The notes under the pieces were generated by a model, which was not told the origin of the DNA, did no database searches, and saw only the letters and a list, made by a program, of their open reading frames with translations. From positions 369,148,001 through 369,212,000 of the forward strand of contig OZ024743.1 of assembly GCA_964016885.1 (NCBI GenBank): a DNA stretch of 64,000 nucleotides, written 5' to 3'. Source of the stretch: Eledone cirrhosa (lineage: Eukaryota). Of this stretch, positions 47,960-61,867 are shown piece by piece. Numbering within the stretch: position 1 is the first letter of the stretch; the number at the start of each line of letters is the position of its first letter. A program made the translations under genes and the position numbers.

Positions 47960-49300
47960 GCTTGGCTGATGCCCTAAGACACTGCCTGGTTGCGCCTCAT
48001 TGACATGCACCTGGAGCTCTACCTTCTGGGGAACTGCTTCACCATTCACAAATTCTTGTTCACAATCTGTGAGGCACCTTGCCACCCTCATACAGATCAC
48101 TTGTGAACTTGATGCTACCATCCAATGCTGTGCGGAACTTATCTCCAGTGTTGGTTTCAACAGCACTAGCTGGCAAAAGGTGAAGCTCCCTGTGAGGTTT
48201 GGTGGTCTCAGCCTTAGATCCACATTGGATCTGACACTGTCAGCCTACCTCTCCTTAATCATCAGTGAGGTCCTCAGCAAGACAGCCAAACCTGACGTAG
48301 CCCTAGAACTGGAGCAGGCTCTGGCCGATTAGAGAGGAAAAGGCCTACCTTCAGGTGGATCAAGTCTGGCTTGAACCAACACCACCTTGCCTACATCTGA
48401 TCCACTTTGCAGCCAAACAACGCTGCATGGCTCAATTTGGTGCATCCCTCATCATCTGATATCCTTTTTGATGATGAGCACACTTGCATCGGAGTGGCCA
48501 AATGCCTCAGCATCTACATGTGTAAGCCACACAAACGGTGTTGTGGAACTATCGTCGATGAGTTTCGCCTGCATCCACTGCCATGCCATCAGAGCACAGG
48601 CTGTTTCCCCCCGACATATTGAGAAGAAGCCTGTATACAGCTGGCTTCCCATCACAACTGGAGCCAGCAAGCTTTGACTGTGGAGACAGCAAACAACTGA
48701 CAGAGTTACTCTCATCTCATTTGAAGGAAGTAAATCCCTCACCTGGGATATGACACATTCTCTACTTTCAACTTAGTCACTTTGGCCACAAAGCCCGGTA
48801 CCATGGCCTGCAATGCAGAGGATGGGAAGACAAGCAAATACCGGAGTTTGTCCGGCTGCTTTCTCTTTTCACTGGTTGCTGTTGAGACCTCAGGTGTTCT
48901 CAGACCCTGTACAGTCAAGCTCCTCCATGAAATTGAAATGTCAGCAGCCTGCCCGAAGAAGGAGCCACACATGGCAGGGTGGCTGTTGCAGCGTGTCACT
49001 GGCCATTATTCGTGGAAATGCCTTTACAATTTTGTCTGTGGTGCACAGCTGAAACACCGTTCTGACCTAGGTGTAGAGTCTGTCACCCACTCTACTTCCC
49101 CCTCTTTCCTCTTTCTTCTGTAACCTAATAGTCCTTGCTCTTTCCCTCCTTTTTCTCTCATTTATGGCATTTATAGTCCTTTCCTTTACCTTCCTATACA
49201 GCCAGATCTCCCCTTCTCCCCCCCCCCCCCCTTTTTTTTCATTACTTAATTTTTTTTTAATCCTTTTTTAATATTTCCATCATTGTATAACTTTTTTTTG
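47960..49300 (+). mobile_element. Decayed CRE-like non-LTR retrotransposon (RLE endonuclease clade)
   Basis: WQKVKLPVRFGGLSLRS; AWLN..PSS; CKPH.RCCG..VD...HPLPC zinc-knuckle region; GSKSLTWD; AEDGKTSKY..L...F.F..VAVETSGV, resembling the PD-(D/E)XK RLE C-terminus. Pyrimidine-rich 3'UTR. Confidence 0.75.
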
Positions 49301-50009
49301 TTCAATAGATTCAAGGTTTTTGATATGATAGTGATATTTGACAAATAAATTCTTTTAAGTATAAAGTAGTATTAACTATACTACTTTATTCTCATCATGC
49401 CCGAGCCATTTATTATATCTTTTAAGTATATTTTCTATGGCTTTTTATGTGCTTCAACTCATCATAAAATGTTTGATGTAGGTTAAATCTTCAGGCTTAA
49501 AACTAGTAATTAATTTGTTAAGTAATATTAATTACTTATTTGTGTATTTTTAGTTATTATGAAGTAAAAATGCATATTCAATACATACATATAGGCATGG
49601 CTGTGTGGTTAAGGTGTTCACTTCACACTACTATATATAGCTTGAGATTCACTTTATACTATTATATATAGCTCCAGGTTCACTTCAAACTACTAGCCTT
49701 GTGACTGAAAGTTGGTAGATGGAAACTGTAGAAGCCCACTGTAAAAGATAGATAATCATCGTCCTTTTTATGTCAGCTTTTCTAACAATCCCCCCACGTG
49801 TAGCATTCTTTCCTCATCACCTTTGTTCTCACCACTTCTCCTCAGGTCTTCCTCTACTGTAGTTTCCTTCCATTTGGCACTCCTGGCTGTGTTTCATACA
49901 ACAATCATCATACATACCAACAAAGACTTCTCTTTTGCACACTATATTTGATGCCTCTTATACCCAGTTTTTCTTTCAGCTCAAGCATGTTTTGCCTATC
50001 ATGGAAGGT

Positions 50010-50520
50010 AGGAGGCCAAATTAAGAGTACAAATTGCAAGAGCTGGTGCAGTAATGCTTCAGCATTCAGTAAACAGTAAACTTGCTATCTTCAATTCGGT
50101 TTTCATGCCAACCCTTGCCTATGGTCATGAATCTAGGATAATGACTGATAGAATACAATCGCATTTACAAGTGGCTGAAATGGAGGTTCCTCTGAAGGGT
50201 CTTTGGAGTAACATTACTTGATAGAGTTCATAGCACAGAGACCGGAGAGTCACTACAGGTAGAGCCACTACTTCTCCAAATTGAGAGACCACAGCTCTAA
50301 TACTATGGGCATGTGGAAAGAATCGCTGGACAGATTTTATGGACAAAACCAACCGGCAGGGGACCCTGAACAAGATGGTTGGATAACATCCATGAGCTTG
50401 GTTGGTGGTGATTGGGGATCCAGCTGGATCAGTTGCTCCTGACAGGACCCGCTGTAAGGAGTGTTTGAGGACTCTTCTTCCACGACTCTCTCAGGAATAT
50501 GTGGGTGAAAGAAGAGGAGG
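50010..50520 (+). mobile_element. RTE-group LINE 3' fragment
   Basis: KLAIFNSVFMPTLAYGHES..MT..I.S.LQVAEM. Confidence 0.75.
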
Positions 50521-51210
50521 CAGTGTCGTAATGAATGGAATCTGTAAAGGAATAATATAGTTATGATAGTTAATGAAATAACAGTAACCTCAAATAAGTA
50601 GTAATTACATGGAATACAAAAAAAAAAAAAATGTGCACGTTTGTTGATTTAGAGGTCACGACCTGGTCAGTTAAGTATAAAAGATTCTTAATACTTCAGG
50701 CCAATGTTGTATTTGGTAATGTTATAGCAGAGTGGTGATTTAAGGAAGCTGTGCTTTGTTTCCAACATCTTCCCACTTCTCCTAACCATTTTCTTCCCAA
50801 CTTAAATAAAGAAGGCGAGAAGAAATAACTTTAGAGTAACATATAGGGAATATATTTGGACTGTTCGTTCTCCTGTTAAACAACTGAGACTGTACCAGCG
50901 GGAAATTTCTGTGATAAAATTCTATGATAAAGGCGAGAGGTACATGAACAGTTGTTGTGATGGCGGAAATAAGAAATGTTTTTATACACCACCCAAGTTC
51001 ATTCCTCCTCTCCAAATAAACCAGGGGCCTTGTGCCTCTATGTAAGAAATAAATACTGTTAGACATTGAGAGTGAAATGGAGAAAGAAAGTGACGCGTGT
51101 TGAAGGAGCTGAGGGAGAATAGAGGAAAGAAAGAGGAAGTGTGGGAGGTATGAGTGGTAATTATTTGATAAATTATATTTTTGCGTTTGTGTTAGCATGG
51201 AGCGTATTTA

Positions 51211-51363
51211 GAGTGGTGGATTAAGGGACAGACTGGGTTGTAGTCAGGGGTCCCACAACATTTAAAAGGTTCCAAATTAATTTTTTTTTCTATCATAAAT
51301 AATACGCAAGTGTCTCGATTACATTTTCAGCAAGGGACTTCATACAATCTTAATCCGGTCTTG
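51211..51363. mobile_element. Possible small hAT-like MITE
   Basis: Degenerate TIRs ..ggtggattaag / cttaatccggtcttg. Confidence 0.35.
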
Positions 51364-52505
51364 TGCGTATGTGTATATGTAATAGTAAAGTTCTGATAAA
51401 TAAAATAATTATAAAGTGAAGCAAACGAAAGAGAAGTTTGTAGATATTTAGATAGACATAAAATACAGAGAAAGGGAAAAGAGAAGTTGCAGGTTTGTAT
51501 AATAAAAGGGCTTGAAAGGTGGTTTAAGAAACAGGAAAATGAGTGCGTGAGTAAAAGTGATAAAAGTGTTTAAGATCAAGAGAGAAGATAGTTTGGAAAT
51601 AGAGATAGATTGATAGAGAGTGTGGGGCGGAATGAATCGTGTGTTGAGAAAGAGTAAGTTGTGACGGTGTGAAAATGTGAATGTTGATTGAATGAAAGAG
51701 AAAAAGTGGGAAGAGTATGGTAGAATGAAAATAAACGAGAGAAAATGGAAGAAAGTGAGTGTTAGAAGAATAACACGAGAGGGAAAATAACAAGAGACAG
51801 AGAAAAAGTTAGTGTTTGCGTGTGTGAGTGATAGAGATATCGGAAGGGGTAGCGGAGGAAAACTCATCAGTGCTGTCTGTAATACAAAACTTGCCAAGTA
51901 TTAAAGGCCTTTTCCAGCTCAGGTCGATAGTGCTTACCACTGTTATTGTTATTAGTTATCAGCAGCGCTAGTGGTAGATACGACAGTAATAGTAGTATCG
52001 TAGTAGTAGTAGTAGTGTTAGTAATGAGTCGGTGGTAATGTGACGGCGGGTTTGTTTCTGTAATCAGTAGCAATGCTTGTCTAAGTTAAGACAGAGATGA
52101 AAAGAGAACAACCAGTCTGTTTAGTTGTTTTATAGTAACACCTGACGTAGGAAAAATAAATAGTCTGCTGGATTATTTTACATATGGCAGACTGATGATA
52201 TATCTATTGTCTGGAAACCCCAACTTTCAGGTAGGAAACTATTCATTCAGAACGAAGAAGATAAATCACACCTTATAGACAGCTCTCATTTTTTATACCT
52301 TCAAAGGCAAATTTAAATTTAGGCCGTATATATTGTGTGATTGTTATGTGTGTGTGTATTGAATAACTAACTTGCTACACTTTCTACTCGTTTTTTACAA
52401 TCGATAATCAAAAAGTAATACACTTAATCACATATTTATCACAAATTACACCAGCTTTCATAACTTTATAAAGTGTAGACCCTCACATATATATAATACA
52501 CACAC

Positions 52506-52538
<33 letters not shown>

Positions 52539-52776
52539 GTGTAAACTAAATACGAAGAGCCTACCCAATAAAAGTAGGGGTAAATTTTATTAATTTACTG
52601 GAATTTGATTTTTCACTTTGTCGCTATTCCAAATTTCATCTCTCCTTAAATGTGTGTGCGTGCGCGCACACACATTTATATAACCTATACATGTGTGTGT
52701 ATGGATCCCCGAGTTTTATCGGGGGTAACCACAGTTTAAAAAGGTACTCAATACATTGGTATAGTATAGGCATCTT

Positions 52777-52814
<38 letters not shown>

Positions 52815-52868
52815 TACTTCTACTGGAGTAGAACTGTTTCATTCGTATGAAATCACCAGAAATGTCCT

Positions 52869-52910
<42 letters not shown>

Positions 52911-53126
52911 TCTTTGGTGTTTTTAAAATTAGTATATATATATAATTATTTGGTGTTTTTAAAATTACTATATATATATATGTATATAATTATTAAGGGT
53001 AGTTTCTACAACAGCCATTCTAGGAACCTACGTTTCGTTGGCCTGGAGGACCAACTTTTTCAATGAGAAATTCCAGTATATATTTATGTGAGTATATATA
53101 TTTATATGTATGCATTGTTTGTATGC

Positions 53127-53168
<42 letters not shown>

Positions 53169-54316
53169 AGATTAAACCAGTTTTAAACTAGTTGGACCAT
53201 TATTCAACAGAGTAATTGATACTTGGGATAGTAGAGTGTGACTATATTACAAAGAGCCAGGGCCCGACGGCTGAGCTCATACACACACATACGTTCGCGC
53301 ATTACACACACACGCCGATATATTTGTGTTTTCTAATTTTAGATCTCCCCACCTCTATCAACTTATATTTTACCTGGACTAGAACAGTTGTTTGCGCGGC
53401 CTGGTTTCTCCAAAAGGATTCCCTTCCAGTCGTTTCCAAAACTTGTACTTCTCATCGTTGTAAATATTATTAATCCTACGTGAAATTGCGCGCATGTGTG
53501 TGTGTCTGCTATGTTATTTTTCCTTTAATTGCACCCTGGCCAAATGGTTAAGAAGTTCGCTTTACAATCATTTAGTCCTGGGTGACATCTTGGGCAAGTT
53601 TTATTTACCATAGTCTCGAGTCGACCCTTACCTTGTCCTTGTTATTGAAACTGGGCAGACAAACTGTTTGGAAGCCCGTCGGATGGATTGTGTGACAGCC
53701 TTGTCACAATCTCCCTAAGGTTACCTGGGTCTGGAAAATTCAGCCATTTACGTTAATTATATGAGGAGGCTGTTCCTTTCATAAAATAGCTCGAATACTC
53801 ATCGTCGCAACTGACGAATGTCCATTACTTCTTTCCAGTTCACGTCATATATAAGATCGTTACATATATAACCAGCCTTCACATTGAAAAAGTGAATTTA
53901 TTAAAACATTATTAAGACTTAAATATGTTTATAAGTTTGAAGTTTTCCGAAGTTTTCGGGACATCTAACAGATTTCCTCTCTGCGATCTACTTTCTTCTT
54001 TCGATCACATTCGAAAATAACTTTTGGATATTCGTGTTTTTCACTCAATATATACTTTTGGTGTATATATATATACCAAAAGTATATATTGAGAGAAAAA
54101 CACACGACAGTCTCTTATAATTAAAATAGCTTGTGATTTGAACGCATATATGTATATAACTGTTTTTGTCTTTCTTTATATATTATCTATATATATATAT
54201 ATATATATATAAATTTATATATATAATTGTATCAATATATATATATATATAATTGTATCAATATATATGTATATATATGCATATATATATATATAATTGT
54301 ATCAATATTATATATA

Positions 54317-54865
54317 TTAGCCGAATTACCCGCGCCTTGCTGCATTTCACACATTTTTTTTTTGTAAGAAAATGATGATTGATTTTAAATCAGTGATATA
54401 ATTTATGGAGAAAAACTCTGTATTTCAATATTACTCAATGTAAAATGTAATGCATGAAAAATTAGAAAACATTATTTTTTGTAATATATCAAATCAAAAT
54501 TACATTATTAAATCTTATTCTGATTTTGTTTCTTGTAAATCATTTTTTTCAAAATATCAATTCAAAACTTTTGTGAATAGGCATTATATCTTGTCATTGA
54601 CCTATGGTTTAAATTTCATATAAATCGAAGGGAAAACATTTTCAGCGGGTGTTTGTGCCCAGTGGAACGCCAATAGGGGGTTTAATCCATTAGTGTGTCC
54701 TAATATTATTGAAATTTGCTGAAATTTTGTGAATAGGCATCATATCTTTTCATTTACCTATGGTTTAAATTTCATATAAATCGAAGGGAACCCTAATAGG
54801 TGTCTTAATATTATTGAAATTTGCTGAAATTTTGTGAATAGGCAGCATATCTTGTCATATCTATG
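54317..54865 (-). mobile_element. Possible non-autonomous Helitron 3' part with internal tandem repeats
   Basis: Minus strand ends ...gcaaggcgcgggtaattcggCTAA in TA context (CTRR end plus GC-rich subterminal tract). The unit tttgtgaataggcat.atatct..tcatt.acctatggtttaaatttcatataaatcgaaggg occurs about three times. Confidence 0.45.
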
Positions 54866-55145
54866 GTATATATAAATTCATATATATATATAGTGAAAGA
54901 GTGAAGAATAATGTATATATTATAATAGTATATATATATATATGATGATAATATATATATATATATTTCATGATGATGATTATATATATATTATATATTA
55001 TATTAATAGCACCAGGTGGTGATATTAAGTTAGACATGGCCTGGGCCAATACTGGCCAAAACATTTCAAAGTTATATAATATATATATATATATAATATA
55101 TATATTATATATATAATATATATATATATATATATCATGATGATG

Positions 55146-55233
<88 letters not shown>

Positions 55234-55739
55234 ATATATATAGATATATATTATGATGATGATGATGATTATATATATATATATATATATTATGTATATA
55301 TATTATTATATATAATATGTATATATATTATATATATAAAATATATATATATATATTATGTATATATATTATTATATATAATATGTATATATATTATATA
55401 TATAAAATATATATATATATTATGTATATATATTATATATAATATGTATATATATTATATATATAAAATATATATATATATTATATATATATATATTATA
55501 TATATATATATTATATATATATATATATATTATATATATATATATATATTATATATAATATATATATATATTATATATATATAATATATAATATATAATA
55601 TATATATATATAATATATATATTATATATATATTATATATTACATATATATATATTACATATATATATATAATATATATATATAATATATATATAATATA
55701 TATATGTAATATATAATATATATACATATATATATATAT

Positions 55740-55771
<32 letters not shown>

Positions 55772-55872
55772 ATATACATATATATATACATATATATATT
55801 ATATATATATAATATACATATATATATATATATTATAATATAAGATCAAAAGATGGTTAAAGGAGTTCCATG

Positions 55873-55943
55873 TATTTTATTATGCGCATTTCAAAAACAA
55901 ACATCATCATGCAATAATATTTGTGTTTTCATCAGATAAAACA
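55873..55943 (-). ncRNA. Type-I hammerhead ribozyme motif (left arm)
   Basis: Exact reverse complement of 56068-56138. Confidence 0.85.
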
Positions 55944-56067
55944 GGAGAACATGATATGAAGGCTAAAAACACTTGTGGATAGTGCAGTTTTAAATCAACA
56001 TATCATGATATGTTGATTTAAAACTGCACTATCCACAAGTGTTTTTAGCCTTCATATCATGTTCTCC

Positions 56068-56138
56068 TGTTTTATCTGATGAAAACACAAATATTATTGC
56101 ATGATGATGTTTGTTTTTGAAATGCGCATAATAAAATA
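56068..56138 (+). ncRNA. Type-I hammerhead ribozyme motif (right arm)
   Basis: tgttttat CTGATGA aaacacaaatatta...tgatgtttgttttt GAAA tgcgca TA ataaaata. Stem I is 8 bp, stem II is long, and stem III is the palindrome tgcgca. Confidence 0.85.
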
Positions 56139-56424
56139 CATGGAACTCCTCTAACCATCTTTTGATCTTATATTATGTATACTCCAGTCCTACAAACTGT
56201 AGAGTGCTTCTTATCCGATATCTGCATTGCTTTATTGTACTACAATAAAACTCACTTCCTACATATATATATATTATATATATATATTATATATATATAA
56301 TATACATATATATATATAATATATATATAATATATATATATATATTATATATTACATATATATATATATAATATATATATAATATATATATATATATTAT
56401 ATATTACATATATATATATATATA

Positions 56425-56455
<31 letters not shown>

Positions 56456-56753
56456 TATATATTACATATATATATATAATATATATATTATATATATATA
56501 ATATATATATTATATATATATATATATCTTATATAATATATATATATATGTAATATATATCTTATATATATATTATATATCTATATATGTAATATATATC
56601 TTATATATATATATATAATATATATATATATATAATATATATATATATATATAATATATATATGTAATATATTATATATATAATATATATATATATATAT
56701 AATATATATATGTAATATATTATATATATAATATATATATATATATAATATAT

Positions 56754-56787
<34 letters not shown>

Positions 56788-56822
56788 ATATATATATGTA
56801 ATATATTATATATATAATATAT

Positions 56823-56854
<32 letters not shown>

Positions 56855-56865
56855 ATATATATATG

Positions 56866-57133
<268 letters not shown>

Positions 57134-57293
57134 TAATATATATATATATATAATATATATATAATATATATATAATATATATATGTAATATATAATATAT
57201 ATATATGTAATATATAATATATATATATATATAATATATATATATGTAATATATAATATATATATATATATAATATATATATATGTAATATAT

Positions 57294-57324
<31 letters not shown>

Positions 57325-58038
57325 ATATATATATGTAATATATAATATATATATATATAATATATATATGTAATATATAATATATATATATATAATATAT
57401 ATAATATATATATATATATATAATATATATAATATATATATAATATATATAATATATATATATATATATAATATATAATATATATATATAATATATATGT
57501 AATATATAATATATATATATATATAATATATATATATATGTAATATATAATATAAATATATATATATAATATATATGTAATATATATAATATATATATAT
57601 ATATAATATATATATATATATAATATATATATATATGTAATATATAATATAAATATATATATATAATATATATGTAATATATATAATATATATATATATA
57701 TAATATATATATATATATGTAATATATAATATAAATATATATATATATATGTAATATATAATATATATATAATATATATATATATATGTAATATATAATA
57801 TATATATAATATATATATATATATGTAATATATAATATATATATATTATATATATGTAATATATAATATATATATATATATATTATATATATGTAATATA
57901 TAATATATATATATATTATATATATGTAATATATAATATATATATATATTATATATATGTAATATATAATATATATATATATATATTATATATATGTAAT
58001 ATATAATATATATATATATTATATATATGTAATATATA

Positions 58039-58069
<31 letters not shown>

Positions 58070-58207
58070 AATATATATATATGTATATTATATATTGCAA
58101 GGCCAATGTTCTAACCACTAAGCCATGTGCCTCCATATTTATATATATGTCCCAAGGCTCTGATACCATCAACACTATACACACAGAGCTGGCATATCTA
58201 AGGACTA

Positions 58208-58263
58208 ACTACCTGATGAGGTCATAGCCATTCAATGGCTATCATCGAAATATATATAGCAGT
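58208..58263 (+). ncRNA. Type-I hammerhead ribozyme motif
   Basis: actac CTGATGA ggtcatagcca-ttcaa-tggctatcatc GAAA tatata TA gcagt. Confidence 0.75.
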
Positions 58264-58443
58264 AAATAAAGGATTATGAGTTCATGCAATTGACTATGTT
58301 TCGTCACTATATTTATATATATATATATATAATATTTATATATTATATATATTTATATATATATATATATATTATATATCCAAGGAAAATTCAACTGATA
58401 AGGTGTTTCCTTGGCTATGTCAAAATTTATAAAACACACTTTG

Positions 58444-58506
58444 TATTTTATCTGATGAAAGCGTACCAAAGTTTTTTGGTACCCTTGAAATATATATAAT
58501 AGAATA
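58444..58506 (+). ncRNA. Type-I hammerhead ribozyme motif
   Basis: tattttat CTGATGA aagcgtaccaaa-gttt-tttggtaccctt GAAA tatata TA atagaata. Confidence 0.82.
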
Positions 58507-58687
58507 AATATGGTTTCCATTTATTTAATATCATTGAATATTTACTCCAGAAAATTGTTGAGTGCTCTGAATCAGTTATAAACATTTATATTTGTTGAAT
58601 TTCCAACAAATTAAATATCCCTTCTACTTATATATATATGTATATATTTATATATTGTATATATATATATTTATATGTTATATATAG

Positions 58688-59128
58688 TGAAGGTGCATGG
58701 CTAAGTGGTTAGAGTATTGGGCTTGCAATCGAAAGGTTGTGAGTTCAATTCTCATACCGGGAGATGTGTTGTTTCCTTGAGCAAGACACTTTATTTCACA
58801 TTTACTCAGCTGTAGAAATGAGATGATAGGACTGGGGTCCCTATCATTCCACTGCAAAGTGGTCGTGGAGGTGCCACGACAAAAAAAAAAAACTGCACCC
58901 AGCCTGAAAGTGGACGTGTAGGCGCCATGGAAAAAAAGCACCCAGCCCACACTGAAAGTGGACGTGTAGGCGCCATGGAAAAAGCACCCAGCACTCACTG
59001 TAAATGAGGTTGGTGTTAGGAAGGGCATCCAGCTGTAGAAATCAGGCCAGAATCAGTTCCCGTATGAGCAAGACAATGTCAGCCGATCGGACACTGCTCA
59101 CAACAGGACAACCCGTCTAACCCATGCT
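58688..59128 (+). mobile_element. CORE-like tRNA-SINE with extended RTE 3'UTR tail
   Basis: tRNA head with A/B boxes. The tail is the reverse-complement match of the LINE 3'UTR at ~44447-44667. Confidence 0.85.
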
Positions 59129-59339
59129 ATATATATATCATCATCATCAGAAGATCCCGTTAAGGGTGAAAGCAGCGATTCTTTGCTTAAACTTTAATCT
59201 GTTATTTTAATAAATATATATATAATAATAATAATAATATATAATAATAATATTATATATACTTATATATAAACTATATATAGTTATAAACAAGAAAGGT
59301 CAGTATTTTTTATTTTTTACCATCTTATTAGCAGTATAA

Positions 59340-59681
59340 AATATATATATATAACTTTATATGTATATATTATATATATATATGTATATATTTATATATT
59401 TTATATATGTATATATTATATGTATATATTATATATTATATGTATATATTATATATATATATGTATATATGTATATATTATATATATATATGTATATATT
59501 ATATATATATATGTATATATTATATATATATATGTATATATTATATATATATATGTATATATTATATATATATATGTATATATTATATATATATGTATAT
59601 ATTATATATATATATATGTATATATTATATATATATGTATATATTATATATATATCTATGTATATATTATATATATATCTA

Positions 59682-59721
<40 letters not shown>

Positions 59722-60511
59722 TATATATATATATATATATGTATATATTATATGTGGATTGGCAGTATCGGTAGAGGGTCGGACGCCATGCTTTCCAGCA
59801 TAGTTACGTCCCTTTACCATCTGAGTTCAAATCCCGCCGAGGTTGACTTTGCCTTTCATCCTTACGGGGTCAATAAAATAAAGTACCAGTAATGCACTGG
59901 TAATTGCTGGCCTTGTGCCTAAAGTAGAAACAATTATATATATATATATATGTATCTATTATATATATATATATATGTATCTATTATATATATATATATA
60001 TGTATCTATTATATATATATATATGTATCTATTATATATATATATATATATATGTATCTATTATATATATATATATATGTATAATATATATATGTATTTA
60101 TTATATATATATGTATATATATATATGTATTTATTATATATATATGTATATATATATATGTATATATTATATATATATGTATATATATATATGTATATAT
60201 TATATATATATGTATATATTATATATATATGTATATATTATATATATATATATATGTATATATTATATATGTATATATGTATATATATTATATATGTATA
60301 TATGTATATATATTATATATGTATATATATTATATATATATATATATGTATATATTATATATGTATATATGTATATATATTATATATATATATATGTATA
60401 TATTATATATGTATATATGTATATATATTATATATATATATATGTATATATTATATATGTATATATGTATATATATTATATATATATGTATATATTATAT
60501 ATATATATATA

Positions 60512-60551
<40 letters not shown>

Positions 60552-61320
60552 TATATATGTATATATATTATATATGTATATATTATATATGTATATATGT
60601 ATATATATTATATATGTATATATATTATATATATATGTATATATTATATATATATATATATATGTATATATTATATATATTATATATATATATATATATG
60701 TATATATTATATATGTATATATTATATATATATGTATATATTATATATATATATATGTATATATTATATATATATGTATATATTATATATATATGTATAT
60801 ATTATATATATATATATGTATATATTATATATATATGTATATATTATATATATATGTATATATTATATATATATATATATGTATATATTATATATATGTA
60901 TATATTATATATATATATTATATATATATATATATATGTATATATTATATATATGTATATATTATATATATGTATATATTATATATATGTATATATTATA
61001 TATATATATATGTATATATTATATATATATATATGTATATATTATATATATATATATGTATATATTATATATATATATGTATATATTATATATATATATA
61101 TGTATATATTATATATATATATATGTATATATTATATATATATATGTATATATTATATATATATGTATATATTATATATATATATATGTATATATTATAT
61201 ATATATATATGTATATATTATATATATATATATGTATATATTATATATATATATGTATATATTATATATATATATATGTATATATTATATATATATATGT
61301 ATATATTATATATATATATG
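59340..61320. repeat. Long (TA)n-derived compound microsatellite (tatattatatatatg-type)
   Basis: Source of the 364-477 aa Y/I/M/C ORFs, which are artefacts. Confidence 0.95.
59754..59935 (+). mobile_element. Nin/Deu-like tRNA-SINE inserted in TA microsatellite
   Basis: Consensus match. Confidence 0.88.
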
Positions 61321-61532
61321 TAGTCCATGCTGTAATGTGGCCGTGTAGGCAACACTGTAAAAACCTCCCAGACCCACACTGTAAATGTGGTTGGTGTTAG
61401 GAAGGGCATCCAACTGTAGAAAACCTGCCAGACAGTCCTATGCGAGCAAGACAATCACTCTTGCCTCAAGTGGGACTATCCCCGTCCAAACCCATGCAAG
61501 CGTGGAACACGGACGTTAAACGTTGATGATGA
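61321..61532 (+). mobile_element. RTE 3'UTR-only insertion
   Basis: Near-identical reverse complement of ~31625-31828. Confidence 0.85.
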
Positions 61533-61595
61533 TATATTTATATATATATACGTATATATTATATTTATATATATGTATATATTTATATATATATA

Positions 61596-61836
61596 GTGTT
61601 ATATTTGGGGAGGGTCATATTTGCGTAATATTGCCAGAATTAATAACAGAACACACTCACTGGCAATATTACGCAAATATGACCCTCCCCAAATATAACA
61701 ATATCTGTTTCGACACACGATTTCATATAAAAAACCTCGCAAAACTAATTCATCGCCGCTATATATATATATGTATATATTTATATATATATATGTATAT
61801 ATTTATATATATATATGTATATATTTATATATATAT

Positions 61837-61867
<31 letters not shown>

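Larger units (their letters stand above)
55835..56176. repeat. 342-bp spacer-less palindrome (one mismatch) with two outward-facing HHRs
   Basis: Centre tatca|tgata at 56005/56006. The right arm continues unpaired to ~56262 and includes aataaa. Confidence 0.95.

Noticed and set aside
49465-49500. Minus-strand CTGAAGA...CAAA hammerhead-like motif (similarly 55030-55065)
   Set aside because: Core and stems too degenerate to support a call.
52186-52215. CTGATGA...GAAA hammerhead-like spacing
   Set aside because: No convincing stem I, II or III pairing in HHR topology.
54034-54102. Small inverted repeat around a TA loop as a structured RNA
   Set aside because: AT-rich hairpin with no motif; probably a local fold-back duplication.
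58690-58760. tRNA genes in SINE heads
   Set aside because: No complete cloverleaf; heads run directly into repeated SINE bodies.
59915-61400. Longest ORFs (364-477 aa) and similar Y/I-rich ORFs elsewhere
   Set aside because: Translations of (TA)n-derived microsatellites.
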